NCBI GenBank assembly: GCA_951406725.2
Contig: OX597817.1
Coordinates: forward strand, 24,490,001 to 24,554,000
DNA length: 64,000 nt
From: Octopus vulgaris
Taxonomy: Eukaryota
Direction: 5' to 3'
Part shown: piece by piece, positions 1 to 12,809 of the stretch
How positions within the stretch are numbered: the stretch's first letter is position 1
Layout: each line of letters starts with the position of its first letter
Notes under the pieces: model-generated
Seen by the model: the letters and a program-made list of their open reading frames with translations, nothing else
The model's database searches: none
Told to the model about the DNA's origin: nothing
Program-made: the position numbers and the translations under genes

Positions 1-170
1 GTATGTAGATGACGCAACTTTCATTCTACTACTACTGATATCTCCTTTACTATTCACATAATCTAAATATTCTACTTAGAGATAAAGATGCTAATAACCT
101 GATGTTAAACCTCATTATACAAAGTCACTCATGTCATTTTGTTTATACTTATGCAATCATTAATACAACT

Positions 171-399
171 TTAACCCTTTTGTTACTGTATTTATTTTGA
201 GATGCTCTGTGCTTCTTTCCTTTAATTTTAAATATAACTAAGAATTTAGTAAAATAACTTAGTTATGATTAAGCTAGTGTTAGGAACATAAATTGTGGCT
301 AAGGTTTGGTGGAAGATTTTAATTCAAAACTTATGAAAATAAGACATTTGTAGTCAGAGCCAGTGGTGGTTTCAACCAGGTTGGTATTGAAAAGGTTAA
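171..399. mobile_element. TTAA-flanked MITE (piggyBac/Kolobok-like, non-autonomous)
   Basis: Begins TTAA-CCCTTTTGTTAC and ends GTATTGAAAAGG-TTAA: imperfect terminal inverted repeats with a TTAA duplication. No ORF. Confidence 0.65.
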
Positions 400-2134
400 A
401 GCTGGATACTACCTTAACCTCTTCATGCACAGTGTATTAGTCTGTTCCCTTTATGTCATTGTGGTGTAAGCGGGAGATTTGAAACAGAGACACCACCTAC
501 CTTCTCTTCGTCAATGCAGACTTCTCTGGCGATAATGCACCCTTCTACGTGGCTCGACCCGAATGCTAAAAATAGCAGATGCTTTTTCCCTACCTTGACA
601 AGGCACTCACACGTCCAGCTCTGTCGGCTACCCCGATCGAAAAAGGCCCAATGCTCCCCTGCCTGCATGCGCATCACTCCTGCCCTTTTCTCTTCCAGTC
701 AGTTCCCCAGCTGCTGATGTAATCCCACTATCATACAATGTCTTACCTGGCCCTTTGCTAAATATGTTATTCAATCATTTCTTCTTAATATTTTGAACTT
801 CTACCCTTGCCTAGATTTTTCCTTGAAATTTTAACCTACAGACACTCAGACTAACCACATCGATCTCAGAACCATTTTTTCTTTTTTTTGAGAAATAACA
901 AAGGCATTGATGCAGTCTCCCCTTCTCTGCCTAATTAATGGGCAAAAGATAATCTATGAAAAATGATGCTGTGAAGTGAATAACAATGGGACCGTCTCTC
1001 CTTTTCTGACTAATTAATAACACAAAACTAAATTTGCGAGAATATATTGATTGATGGGTAATGAACATATGATGTATCTTCCTAAACTCTTATATTTGAA
1101 GAGCTCATAAAATTATTTCGATTGAAACTACTGAAACTGTCTTGAAATATTCCAAAATTTAATGCTGATAATATTTTTGATATGATTCATAATCTAAATG
1201 TCAATGTACTGTTCAATTTCTTCTACTGCCTGCCAAGAGATAATTAAAATATTATCTTTAAACTATTTATATTCATCAAAACATATTGAATATTTGACAA
1301 CAAATTTCATACATCAATTTCATGCTATTTTTCTATAGTTTTTTACAGCTTTATGAGGGAAAAATCATTTAAAAAATAAAACCAACAATTTTTTTTTCGA
1401 ATATTAATGACACCATATTTTTTCTCATGTTATCACATGTATTTTATTCTTCCTGGCATAAATAAGAATGTTTTTCAAATTAGGATATTAAGAATAAACA
1501 AAACGAACAGAAGTTTTAAAGATAAGTGCTTGCTAGCAATAATAATTAAAGTATGAAGTAGAAGTAGTCAGTATGCGGTATCTAAGTGCAAAAGAAAATG
1601 CAAATTGGAATTAATAATTTTAGACAAATAGTTAAGCTCCTTAACCACTTAGAAAATATATATTAATAACCATAATCTCTGACATCATTATCATCATACA
1701 TATTCTATTTAACTCAAATCTAAAATTCATTTTTCTATAACAAGCCAACCAAAAGCTATGATTGATTTTATTCTGCTCTTTATAAAATGTTTTGCTAATT
1801 AATATCAATAATTCTATCAGATCATCTAAAACCATTTGTATCTTTATTTCTCAAGGAACATACTAGCACTAAAAACAACATAAATACAAGTGTATGAAGA
1901 GGAGTCCATATAGTTACTTGATCTGCAATAAATAGCAAGATGAATCTCCTCCAAATCACAATCTACCATCTTCATCATCATCATCTTGAAAGGGAAAAAG
2001 AAACGCCATTGGTTTATGTCATTATGTTATGTGTTAACTTGTACAGTGTTTTCCTTTTCACTTTACTTTGAGACACCAATATTTTCAATATTTGATCAGC
2101 ATCATCATCATTATTTTAATGTCCACTTTTCCAA

Positions 2135-2526
2135 GTGGAGCACTAAGAGCACCATACAAGTGTGATTGTTTCCAGAGCGGCCAACTGGCGTTCGTGCTGG
2201 TGGCACGTAAAAGGCACCATTCGAGCATCATCATTACCAATGTCACCTTACTGGCATTTGTGCCAATGTGCAGGTAACACATAAAAAAAACACGATTTTT
2301 TTCGTGGCCGTTGCCAGTACTGCCTGACTGGCCCTCATGCCAGTGGCATGTAAAAGCACCCACTACATTCTCAGTGGTTGGTGTTAGGAAGGGCATCCAG
2401 CTGTAGAAATTCTGCCAGATCAAGATTGGAGCCTGGTGCAGCCATCTGATTCACCAGTCCTCAGTCAAATAGTCCAACCCATGCTAGCATGGAAAGCAGA
2501 CGTTAAACGATGATGATGATGATGAT
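2135..2526 (+). mobile_element. 5'-truncated RTE-type 3' end with Meta-like domain and (GAT)n tail, nested in an older opposite-strand relative (2100-2133 plus 2527-2655)
   Basis: Repeated gtggcacgtaaaagcacc units, then gttaggaagggcatccagctgtagaaa, ccatgctagcatggaaagcagacgttaaac and (gat)n. Many paralogs in the window. Confidence 0.75.
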
Positions 2527-2968
2527 GTGTAGGTTAGACAGAATTTGTTGAGGTGGGTTTTCTATGGTTAGATGCCTTTCAATTACCTGCTTCCAAATAA
2601 GGTAATATTTTCCCATGATAAGATATGCTTTCAAAGAACATTGGAGATGAAGGATCCAAGCTAGCATGGGATTTTGTGTTACATATCAGTCGGCACTGAT
2701 GTTCCGCTGAGTTACTAGCAAAGATTAAAGTACCAGTTGCTAAAAACTCATGATTTGTAGTTCCTCATACTTCATTTACAAAAACAATTAAAAATTAGCA
2801 AAATGAGAACAAATAATAAGTATGTTAAAACACATCAAAAATATTCCTTCATTTACATAAACATTTATGAACTTAGTCCATCTGAGTTCCAAACAATTTC
2901 TCACAAGTCAATTTTATTCACGGGACTCATGTCAACCTGAAACTGTTAGATGGCAGTTGCATCAGATG

Positions 2969-3347
2969 TTGGAAGCACTCCGTCGGTTACGACGATGAGG
3001 GGGTTCCGGTTGATCCAATCAATGGAACAGCCCGCTTGTGAAATTAACGTGTAAGTGGCTGAGCACTCCACAGACACGTGTACCCTTAACGTAGTTCTCG
3101 GGGATATTCAGCGTGACACAGAGAGTGACAAGGCCGGCCCTTTGAAATACAGAAACAGGAAGTAAGAGTGAGAGAAAGTTGTGGTGAAAGAGTACAGTAG
3201 GGATCACCACCATCCCTGCCGGAGCCTCGTGGGGCTTTAGGTGTTTTCACTCAATAAACACTCACAATGCCCGGTCTGGGAATCGAAACTGCGATCCTAC
3301 AACCGCGAGTCCGCTGCCCTAACCACTGAGCCATTGCGCCTCCACTG
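2969..3347 (-). mobile_element. tRNA-derived SINE, family A (ggcgcaatggcccagtggttagggcagc head), tail type 1
   Basis: A/B-box head on the minus strand. 14-bp TSD agttgcatcagatg at 2955-2968 and 3348-3361. Close paralog at 11411-11801. Confidence 0.85.
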
Positions 3348-3634
3348 AGTTGCATCAGATGCCATGTAGGAGGATCATATTTAGAGAGTTTTAATTGCAA
3401 AATGAGCTTAACAATTTAGTCATATGGCATCCAGGTTTTAACATTTTAGTTATTATTTCAATTTTCACACTTGTTGTGAGTTCTTTACAGTTTCTTTGGA
3501 ACAAAACAGTTTCTGATGCCCACCTACTACAAGTTTGCATAAAATAGATTTTACTTCTCAATGAAAAATGAATCTTTAACTTTCTATTTCTCTCTGAGCT
3601 TTTCTTATTTCAACAACAATCATATATATATATA

Positions 3635-3987
3635 GGCGCAGGAGTGGCTGTGTGGTAAGTAGCTTGCTAACCAGCCACAAGGTTCCGGGTTCAGTCCCAC
3701 TGCGTGGCATCTTGGGCAAGTGTCTTCTGCTATAGCCCCGGGCCGACCAATGCCTTGTGAGTGGATTTGGTAGACGGAAACTGAAAGAAGCCTGTCTTAT
3801 ATATGTATATATATATGTGTATGTGTGTCTGTGTTTGTCCCCCTAGCATTGCTTGACAACCAATGCTGGTGATAGAATAAGTACTGGGGTTACAAAGAAT
3901 AAGTCCCGAGGTCGATTTGCTCGACTAAAGGTGGTGCTCCAGCATGGCTGCAGTCAAATGACTGAAACAAGTAAAAGAGTAAAAGAA
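3635..3987 (+). mobile_element. tRNA-derived CORE-like SINE, family B (ggcgcaggagtggctgtgtggtaag head)
   Basis: tRNA-like head, ttgggcaagtgtcttc core, internal (TA/TG)n, gactgaaacaagtaaaagagtaaaag tail. More than 10 copies in the window. Confidence 0.85.
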
Positions 3988-3994
3988 TATATAT

Positions 3995-4066
3995 ACTCTC
4001 AATTTTGGTTAACTTGCGCCACAGGGTCTCGGAGGACATAGTGTTAGGTGAAGGCTACCAAACCTG

Positions 4067-4117
<51 letters not shown>

Positions 4118-4139
4118 ACTTCAGCTTTATATGTATAGA
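3995..4139 (-). mobile_element. 5' fragment of a Helitron-like non-autonomous element
   Basis: Minus strand starts TCtatacatataaagctgaagttgtc followed by (TG)n, the same layout as 22242-22933. No 3' CTAG end seen. Confidence 0.45.
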
Positions 4140-5200
4140 TATAAACTGAATTAGTTTGTGGCAACTTGTCCAACCCCTGTCAGCAGAGAAAACAGGTGCA
4201 AAACAATGATTATGTATTTTTCTGCAATATTTTTAGTTACAGCCCCTCATACACAGACAAACTTCTAGTAATATATTGGATAGCATTTACATTGGCTTTA
4301 CCCCTTCACTTATGAACCCTTTGCAGGTTTATAGTTAGTGCAACAGGGTGATCTGATATAGAATTTTCAGCAGTTTGCAATGAACATTAATCATCTCTGT
4401 TAAAGGAACTAAAACTTATCTCAGTTCATAATAATAATATAAAGTAAAAATTAAACGTATTACTCAAAATATTCTCTACCATTTACATGATATTTCAGTT
4501 TTACTCATCAATATCACTGTGGGATGTAAATGTGCTAATATTTTTAAAAATTCAAAAATATTAAATATTTCTATTAAGAAATGTATTTTTATTGTTAAAA
4601 AAAATATTTTTCTAATCATTTAAAACATAAATTTGCGATTATTTCCCCTTTATTCTTACTTCTAAATAGATAGCAATCTTTGTTCATTGCAAAGCCATTA
4701 AGTGCTCTATAGAATATTTACAGATAAGGGTAGAAAAGAATGGAAAATGGAATGGCAGTTATTATTCAAGATAAGTAACAAGAAAGCAATGTTTTTTTTT
4801 TTTAATGTAAATTTTTAACAGGATATACAAAGTCATTTTTATGCCACTAGGTTATCTCCACAAATGTAAATTTGGCCTCAAAAATGTAAAGACAACATAA
4901 AAATGAATACACCATGTATATAGGAAAGGAAGGAAGGGATATAATGATTCTTGTACTGGACTGAATAGAATTTTCTTTTTCATTTTAGAATCCATTTGCT
5001 ATATAGCAGCTGTCAATAGCAAATGGTATATAACTACCAAGTATAAAATGAGAAAACAATTACTTATTTGTCTTAGAAGGAAACTGTCTTATTGTTCTTC
5101 TTGATATTGCTGTCATATATAACATCAGTGTTAAAGTGTTGAAGGCATTATTGATTCAGTGTAATATCTATGTGTCAGATAATATTTTTTTCCTCCTTAG

Positions 5201-5298
5201 AATGACATAAAAAGCAGTCAAGAATCGAGAAGGAAAAATGGAGTTGGACTATAAGGCCTATCTGTCTGACCTAGGTCAGCTCCAAGAAATAATTGATG
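5201..5298 (+). other. Candidate exon (possible start MELDYKAYLSDLGQLQEIID, or a pseudo-exon)
   Basis: Polypyrimidine acceptor tttttttcctccttAG at 5200, ATG at 5238 in an aaaATGG context, donor G|GTAAAT at 5299. There is an in-frame TAA just upstream of the ATG. Confidence 0.25.
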
Positions 5299-6329
5299 GT
5301 AAATGTACAGAGATATTTCTTATGCAGTAGAATCTTGACAGCATCAGCAATGATAACAAAAAGGATAGTAGTTCTATGGGAAAGGTAGTTTGCTGAAATC
5401 AAAAATAAATATTCCCAACGAAATATGTATAGAAAATGTTTAGTAGAATTTGTTTTTGTCTTGTATTGTTTTCTTGTTTCCTACCTTGCTTTCATTTTCA
5501 AAAGGCTATATACATTGAGAAATAACATTAATACAATTCTATGAATTCCAATCTTCTCTGCTATCGTTCAGGTTTCTATTTTGCAATTGTTAGGTTATTC
5601 TAACCTAAAAATACTTCACAAAGCATTCATTTTACATATAAATTGCTGAGGGTAAAATACAATCATTCAGGGTTTAATCTTACAGCTTTTATGGATTCCT
5701 TCCTATTTTACGCAATTGATAAAAAAAATATTAAAGTTATCTTAATTAAAATAGATATTACTACATCAGTCTTCAATTAAGAACTGTTACTGCTAATAGC
5801 TACACAAGAAATTTCTCAATTAGAAATGGTTACGGCTAAAAAGTATGTCAAGAATAGCAAATTGTATTTTCAAAACTAATTAATCAAACAATAGTTACAT
5901 AAACTTTGCATTTAAAGAATGAATTTGTAGTGAAATTGTACTTTAAAAACAAAAACATTAGCCTTATCCTGGAGGGATAAAACTTGCTGAAACAATAGTG
6001 AACTGGTTAAACCTATGTTAGTATTTGGTTTTATGGCACTTGGTTATTGAATTCAGATTCTGTGTGACTCAACTCTGTCTTTCCTTTCTGTTGATTATAT
6101 AACTGGTACTTGCAATATAATGGTGCAGAATCAATCTAGTCTCAGAAATAGGGCAGTGACTGAACAAGCTACCAGATATATATAATATACCACGGATGCT
6201 CTTCACTGAATTCCAGTCACAAGACATTTGTTCAACTGAAGAATATGATAAACGACATTAGACCATGGAACTATGCAGTAGGTTTGAATATGAAATCATC
6301 TAGTTGTGAAGAACATCACTAAACCATGC

Positions 6330-6582
6330 ACATAAAAAGCACCAACCGATTGTGGACATTGCCAGCCTCCCCTGGCACCTGTGCTGGTGGCATGTAAAAA
6401 GTACCCACTACATTCACGGAGTTGTTGGCATTAGAAAGGGCATCCAGCTGTAGAAACACTGCCAGACCAGACTGGAGACTGGTGCAGCCTTCTGGATTCC
6501 CAGACTCTGGTCAAACCGGCCAACCCATGCTAGCATGGTAAACGGACATTAAACGATGATGATGATAATGATGGTGATGATG
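6330..6582 (+). mobile_element. RTE-type 3' end fragment with (GAT)n tail
   Basis: ggcattagaaagggcatccagctgtagaaac ... ccatgctagcatggtaaacggacattaaac(gat)n. Confidence 0.75.
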
Positions 6583-6693
6583 AAATCCAACCATGCACCC
6601 ATTGTTTGAATCAATAACAAAAATGAAACAACAATCCTTTCATATTATTGCAGATTAACCTTTTCTGATAACAGTAGATATTATTAATATCAA

Positions 6694-6897
6694 TTTCTAA
6701 TTTTGGCACAAGGCCAGCAGTTTTGGGTGAAGTGGGTGATTACACCGACTTTAGTGATCAACTGATACTTATTTTATTGACCATAAAAGGATGAAAAGTA
6801 AAGTCAACCTTGGCAGAGTTCATACTCAGAAGATAAAGACAGACGAAATGCTTAGCAACATTTTGCCTAGAATGCTAACGATTCTGTCAGCTCACCA
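6694..6897 (-). mobile_element. Diverged Nin/Deu-domain-like SINE, family C
   Basis: Reverse complement of a gctgacagaatcgttagc head and gactttacttttcatccttt domain. Paralogous to 14076-14476. Confidence 0.7.
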
Positions 6898-8089
6898 GCT
6901 TAGATATTATTAACATTAAACATCAGTTGCATTTGTATAGAAGCTATAAACTGAAAGTTCTATATAATGCACTAACAGTATAATTTTGCTTAAAACTTTA
7001 CCCATACAGTAGTAGAGTATAGATAACTTTATTCTCGCAATCTACTTGTCTTTGTCTGTGCCAATGATCTTCACATGTTGCTCACTATAGTTTCCAGAAA
7101 TGATAAACTAAAATAATCAAAAATGACAAGATATCACTTCATTCTTTTATCTCTCCACCTTACCATGAATACTTCTCTTTCTTCGGAGTGAGACATGGAA
7201 ATATATGTTCAGACAATGAAACTAAACTTTAAAATAGATTAAATGTTACACATTTTTGTAAAAAAAGACCACTTCATAAACCTGATATTCAATGAAATGG
7301 TGTAGTGGTCATTTCACCAAAAACATATAAAGATATGTGACATACACATACAACCACAAACAGACAAGATAAAAGATGATAATATACAGAAATTGGCAAT
7401 CTTACAAGTCTATTAGATCTCAGCATTTTCAATTAACAGTTCTTTTAAGGTGAAGCAATCTAGAAGTTTTGTGGTCAGTTTCCTTTAAAGATATTAGGTA
7501 CGAGAACTGACGGATTTTCCTCTGGGAATATCAGTGCTGCAACTCTATAGTAGCCATGCTTAATGAAAAGGCGACTCACAGTCTAGCCTGTTAATTTAGT
7601 AAAAGACTGAATATGTTTGTGAGTTAAAAGATGGTGACTTTTAAGAAACATAAACTTTAAGTACATTGAATGATAGCAAGCATATAGAGAGAAAAATATG
7701 TCTGAAACACATTCACATACGCAAGGATTTGTGTATATATGCACGTTCATGCACTTGTGTATATACATATTAACAACAGAACAAAGGAATTTTCAGAATC
7801 TAAATAACAAAGAAAATTTGTGTTCACAAATGATATTCTATAATAGAACAATTACTCATCTTTTGTGTATATAAGTGAATAGATAAGCTAAACTGCTTCT
7901 TCGTTTGTAATAGATATAAGTCTTACACACTATGCAGCATGATTTCATGACCTATATACATTACTGCTTTACTTATTTTCTTGAGCTAAAGAAAAAAATT
8001 TACCTTTATTGAAACAGTTGTTTTTGTTAGAATGCACATTCAAAACTAAAATATGTTACCATTATTGAAAACAATAATTCATGAATCTT

Positions 8090-8507
8090 ATTTATAACTT
8101 GTTTCAGTGATTGCACTGTCAATATGCCGAGACACTACATTGAAAGATTCAGTCTAAATAATCAACCCCATGACTTACTTTTTAAAGCCTAGTACTTTTA
8201 CTATCAGTCTCTTTTACCGAACCACTAAGTCACAGGGATGTAAACACACCAACATCACTTATCAAGCACTGATAGGGGGACAAACACACACACAAAGACA
8301 CCCCCACACATACTCACAGATATATACATACATATATATATATATAAAATTATAATTTAGGGTATCTAAGACATACCACTGCGCTGGAAATAGCAGTCAA
8401 AACTTGACTCTAAAATCACATTAAATGTTCATACATGCTGGCCCCCTGATAAGATCGGTATTTAAATATCAATCTTATCCTTATTTATATAAATTTATAT
8501 ACATATG

Positions 8508-8546
<39 letters not shown>

Positions 8547-8940
8547 AGTATATATATATATATATTCAAAATGTGACTGCATGTGTACCGTTGGCGATTT
8601 TTTTTTCCTCTGTCTTCCCTTCTCTGGATCTTTCCTTTTCCTATGTTTCTGACAAAGAGCTCCGCTTGAAACGTAAAATCCTCTTTCTTCCCTTCCTTCC
8701 TGATCGTCCAATAATACTATATTTGTTCCACGTCCTTGCGATGTTGTGTTTTTTCTTTGTGTTTTCATGTTTGGATTAACTATATATATATACATACACA
8801 CGACAGGCTTCATTCAGTTTCTATCTACCAAATACATTCAAAAACCTTTGGCAGCATGGAATTCTAGAAGACATACTTTGGAACCTAACCTAAGACTAAA
8901 TGTTTGGAAACCATGCTTCTCAACCACACAGCCACATCTG
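8090..8940 (-). mobile_element. Family B SINE split by insertions into its internal (TA)n tract
   Basis: 3' half at about 8090-8345 and 5' half at about 8790-8940 (aaccacacagccac = head). The foreign blocks 8350-8480 and 8562-8781 lie between TA runs. Confidence 0.65.
8645..8679 (+). ncRNA. Minimal type-I hammerhead ribozyme motif, degenerate (G8>A), in element 8562-8781
   Basis: gttt CTGACAA a gagc-tcc-gctt GAAA cg TA aaat. Stem I gttt/aaat, stem II gagc/gctt, palindromic stem III ACGT. Confidence 0.6.
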
Positions 8941-10149
8941 CACCTAAAAACATTGATTTTTCCAGATACATTTCAGCTTATTTACAGGTGCTTTCATTTT
9001 TAATGTTCTGTTTTAGTGAAAAGAGAAGGCTTGTTTGAGGTTCTTTGAGATTAACAGAGAGGAAGAAAGAAGTTATCTTCAAACTTGAAACTCGGCAGAA
9101 TTCTAACAACAGATGGACTGCCTAAAAGACATCTATGGTTACCATGTGGTAACATTGAATCAGACAATGGATTAAAAGAGCCAGTGGGATTTGAACTAAG
9201 AATGTAAAGAGCTGGAACAAATATTACAAAGTATTTGATAGCTTCTTACAGTTCCACATTCACTCTTTTAGACTCTAAAATATGAAAGGCAAATTTGATT
9301 ACAATAGAATTTGAACTCAGAGTACAAATACTTAGATTAATTACCACAAAGCATTCTGTCACTACTTTAACAACTGTGCTAATTTTTAATGTATACAGAT
9401 TAAGTCTTTCACCTTCTGTCAAGTATGAAATTAAATATATTTCTCCCCAAATTAAATATGCATATATTATTAAGGGAGACAGAAAGCTATTCTCATTTAT
9501 ATTTTGTGTGCCACATATTTTTCAATAAAATTTTATTGCAAGATGCTTCGCTCAAACAAGTTATATGACAATTTATTCAAAATTCTCTAACAAATAATAA
9601 TTTCATTGCTTACTAAATGATTCCCTTTACAAATCATAACTTCATTCCTTACTAATTACAAGTAATTTCAATAGCATGAAGCTTTCGATTTAACTGATAT
9701 TGTTAATATACTGTGGAACATATGATGTGTTTCATTAAATTAATTCTGTAGTTTATGTTGAAGCAACACGCAACTCCCAACAATATTCATAGAACCTCAG
9801 ATTAACAATGTTATATACTTGTTATCATAAATTGATTTTAATCCTGCAAAACTATCATTCATAACAACTGCAACAATAGGAAGTATTGATATTTCAGACT
9901 TTAAGCAGGAATTTCTCGGATATGCTAAATGATTTTGAAATGGAGCTGCGATAACACTTGCAAATCTACCTATGAAGATATTCTTGTAGGTGAAATAAGA
10001 ATTTAGAAAAATAAAATTGATAAAAATGGCAGCAAGCAAACTTCAGTCGAATGGCTAAGTAAAATATTTCTTTGTGGATGAGCTTAAGAAAATAAAAAAA
10101 GAAAAAGAAAAAAAATATGTTCCCCTCACAAAAAGGCTAGAATATCCAA

Positions 10150-11400
10150 AAATATAATCCCCAGAGACAGAAAAATCCTTATGAGACACAGAACATAATT
10201 CTCAAAAATTACTCAGCAGGCAACAAGATGATGGTAAAAAGTCTAACTTAAGATGAACACACCTGGAAATTGAAAGCAGAATCAAAATTTCTGTTGAAAA
10301 GAAAGAGTAGAGAGAAAGAGAGATAGAGAAAAAACAAACAGAGTTGGGAAAAAGATAAAACGAACCCTAAAAATTTCTATAAATTTGCAAAACAAACAGC
10401 CACAGTACTGCACACATTCCAAAGGAATGGCTCACTGATTGTGAACTACAAAAGGATAAGTAAAGTGCTCAGTGAACAATTCAAAAGTATCTTCACATCT
10501 CTGTGACACATGCAAATAAGTAACCCAGCTGAGATGTTTGACATTACAGCTCTGCAGTGAAAAGCAGTCATGATTGATTATATCAACACTAAGAAAGCTG
10601 ATGTAACAGTTGCCAAAGATGAAATTAATTTGAACTCAGTAACTGGTCCCAATGTTTTCCCAGTAGTTCTCTTGAAGTCATATGAGCAGACTTTATTGAA
10701 ATCACTTCAGATACATTTCCAAGGTTTCCTTGCCAGTGGTAAACTTCAAATCATCTAAAAGAAGGCATCATATATTGTCTCCATAAAGGTAGGAGCAGAG
10801 CATGCCCATCTTTCTGATTTAACATATTAGCAGAGCAATAATAAATCTCTGAGTGAGATGTAAACAGTAAGCACTCGACAACATAATGTATACTAGCCAT
10901 CTCAATATCGCTAGCCACTAGGGGTGGGTGTTACTGTAGCTTTTTTAGCCGCAGGAGATCATCGTCTCCAGCTGGCTTTAGACACAATATCTGTGCCCTT
11001 ATGATATTTGCAAAGGGAGATCACCCCTCTCGTAAACTTAAGTGTACGCATGGACTGCAGTTTCGAGATTATTGTCTCTTGTCAACACACGCTAATCAGC
11101 AGAGTCATGAGACAAATCATCAAAAGGAAACTGATAATGTACTATGCAATGATGTACCACTGCTCATACTGAATGTCCTTGCATAGTACGAAAGGTACTG
11201 TCCATTCCATCTAAAAACTCAGGATCAGGTACTGAAATAGCTTGAGGTTCAAAGACCCACAATTCTTCAATGTTCTGCCAAAACAATAAAGAAAACTCCA
11301 CACTGGATATCTTTAAAAAAGAATTGGATACTCTACTATTCATGATATCAGATGGACCAATATTGTGGCATGAAGTACAAATGAGGTCAGTGTTGACCAA
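10150..11400 (+). pseudogene. Decayed CR1/L2-group LINE ORF2 remnant, internally deleted and interrupted at about 10845-11165
   Basis: Pre-RT motifs NPKNFYKFAK, LSEQFKSIFT, GPNVFPVVLLK and LHKGRS, plus a C-terminal FNVLP...LDIFKKELD motif. Stops and frameshifts throughout. Confidence 0.7.
11046..11092 (-). ncRNA. Type-I hammerhead ribozyme motif with U3-A8 core variant
   Basis: Minus strand: gcgtgtg TTGACAA gaga-caataa-tctc GAAA ctgcag TC catgcgt. 7-bp stem I (with GU pairs), 4-bp stem II, palindromic stem III ACTGCAGT, GUC site. Confidence 0.75.
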
Positions 11401-11410
11401 ATTTCCTTGT

Positions 11411-11801
11411 GGTTGATGGAAGCACTCCGTCGGTTACGACAACGAGGGTTCCGGTTGATCCGAATCAACGGAACAGCCTGCTCGTGAAATTAGCGTGTAA
11501 GTGGCTGAGCACTCCAAAGACACGTGCACCCTTAACGTAGTTCTCGGGGATATTCAGTGTGACACAGACAGTGACAAGGCCGGCCCATTGAAATACAGGT
11601 ACAACAGAAACAGGAAGTAAGAGTGAGAGAAAGTTGTGGTGAAAGAGTACAGCAGGGATCACCACCATCCCCTGCCGGAGCATCGTGGAGCTTTAGGTGT
11701 TTCCACTCAATAAACACTCACAACGCCCGGTCTGGGAATCGAAACCACGATCCTATGACCACGAATCCGCTGCCCTAACCACTGGGCCATTGCGCCTCCT
11801 G
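11411..11801 (-). mobile_element. Family A SINE, tail type 1
   Basis: Paralog of 2969-3347. TSD atttccttgt at 11401-11410 and 11802-11811. Confidence 0.85.
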
Positions 11802-11904
11802 ATTTCCTTGTACACTCAGTGAGCTAAAACTAATGAAAAAACACATAAAAGAGTGGAGATATGAATCCCACCATGAAGAAGAAATGGAGGTCTGTGGAAA
11901 GAGT

Positions 11905-12240
11905 CATCATCATCATTGTTCGACCGTGGTCGAGACAATGGAATTTACTATGTTACGCCAGACCTCATGGTCCATCATAGCATTACGGAGGTCCTGTTGC
12001 TGGATGCCTGTATCCCTGGAGATTACATCAGGGTAGGAGAGTGTGCACCCTCTGGTATCGTGAACAGATGGCTTCCAGAGGAGAAGAGTAGAAATTACCT
12101 CGTTTTCAGCTCTACAACGATGTCCAGCAAACTGGACTCTTCTACCTTTCACAAGAGATGATACAGGTGGTAATTTCCCATATATTTGTACTTTGGTTGG
12201 ATGAGGCTTCCATGAGAGATTTTGAGCTCCCATGGAAAGA
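11905..12240 (-). mobile_element. RTE-clade LINE 3' fragment (ORF2 C-terminus plus (GAT)n tail)
   Basis: ORF 11913-12233 reads SWKPHPTKVQIYGKLPPVSSLVKGRRVQFAGH...LLLWKP...YPDVISRDTG...AMMDHEVWR, typical of RTE C-termini. Confidence 0.8.
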
Positions 12241-12319
12241 GTAGAAAGTCAGAGTGGTGCCCGTAGCATGACCACAACTTCATGGCTGAAATACATTCAA
12301 ACATAAAAGAAATATATAT

Positions 12320-12546
12320 ATCTTTATTACCCACAATGGGCTAAATACAGAGGGGACACACAAGGACAGACAAATGGATTAAGTCGATTATATCGACCCC
12401 AGTGCGTAACTAGTACTTATTTGATCGACCGCAAAAGGATGAAAGGCAAAGTCGACCTCAGCGGAATTTGAACTCTGACCATAATGACAGACGTAATACG
12501 GCTACGCATTTCGCCCGGCGTGCTTACAATTCTGCCAGTTCACCGT
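12320..12546 (-). mobile_element. Family C (Nin-like) SINE
   Basis: aggatgaaaggcaaagtcgacctcagcggaatttgaactc; paralog of the other family C copies. Confidence 0.85.
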
Positions 12547-12809
12547 CTATGTGGAGCTGTGTGGTTTAATGGCAAGGGTGTTGCACTTATGATTGTAAGA
12601 TAAAAATTTTGATTCCGAGATCAGATGATGCATTGTGTTTTCTGTGTAAATCACCCCATTTCATATTGCTCCAGTCCACTCTACTTGAAGAAATGGGTAA
12701 TCCTGCAGTGGGTCAGTGTTCTGCCCAGAGTGAGAGTATATACACCACAGAATCTGGTAGGACTTTTGATCCTTTTTGATATATATATATATACTTACAT
12801 CTATACGTA

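Noticed and set aside
3635-3710. tRNA genes at SINE heads (also about 3270-3345, 42326-42398 and 61231-61300)
   Set aside because: A/B boxes are present but there is no complete cloverleaf, and each continues into a SINE body.
7388-7560. LRR-like peptides EIGNLTSLLDLS and ELTDFPLGISVLQ
   Set aside because: Short, in different frames, with multiple stops; could be chance.
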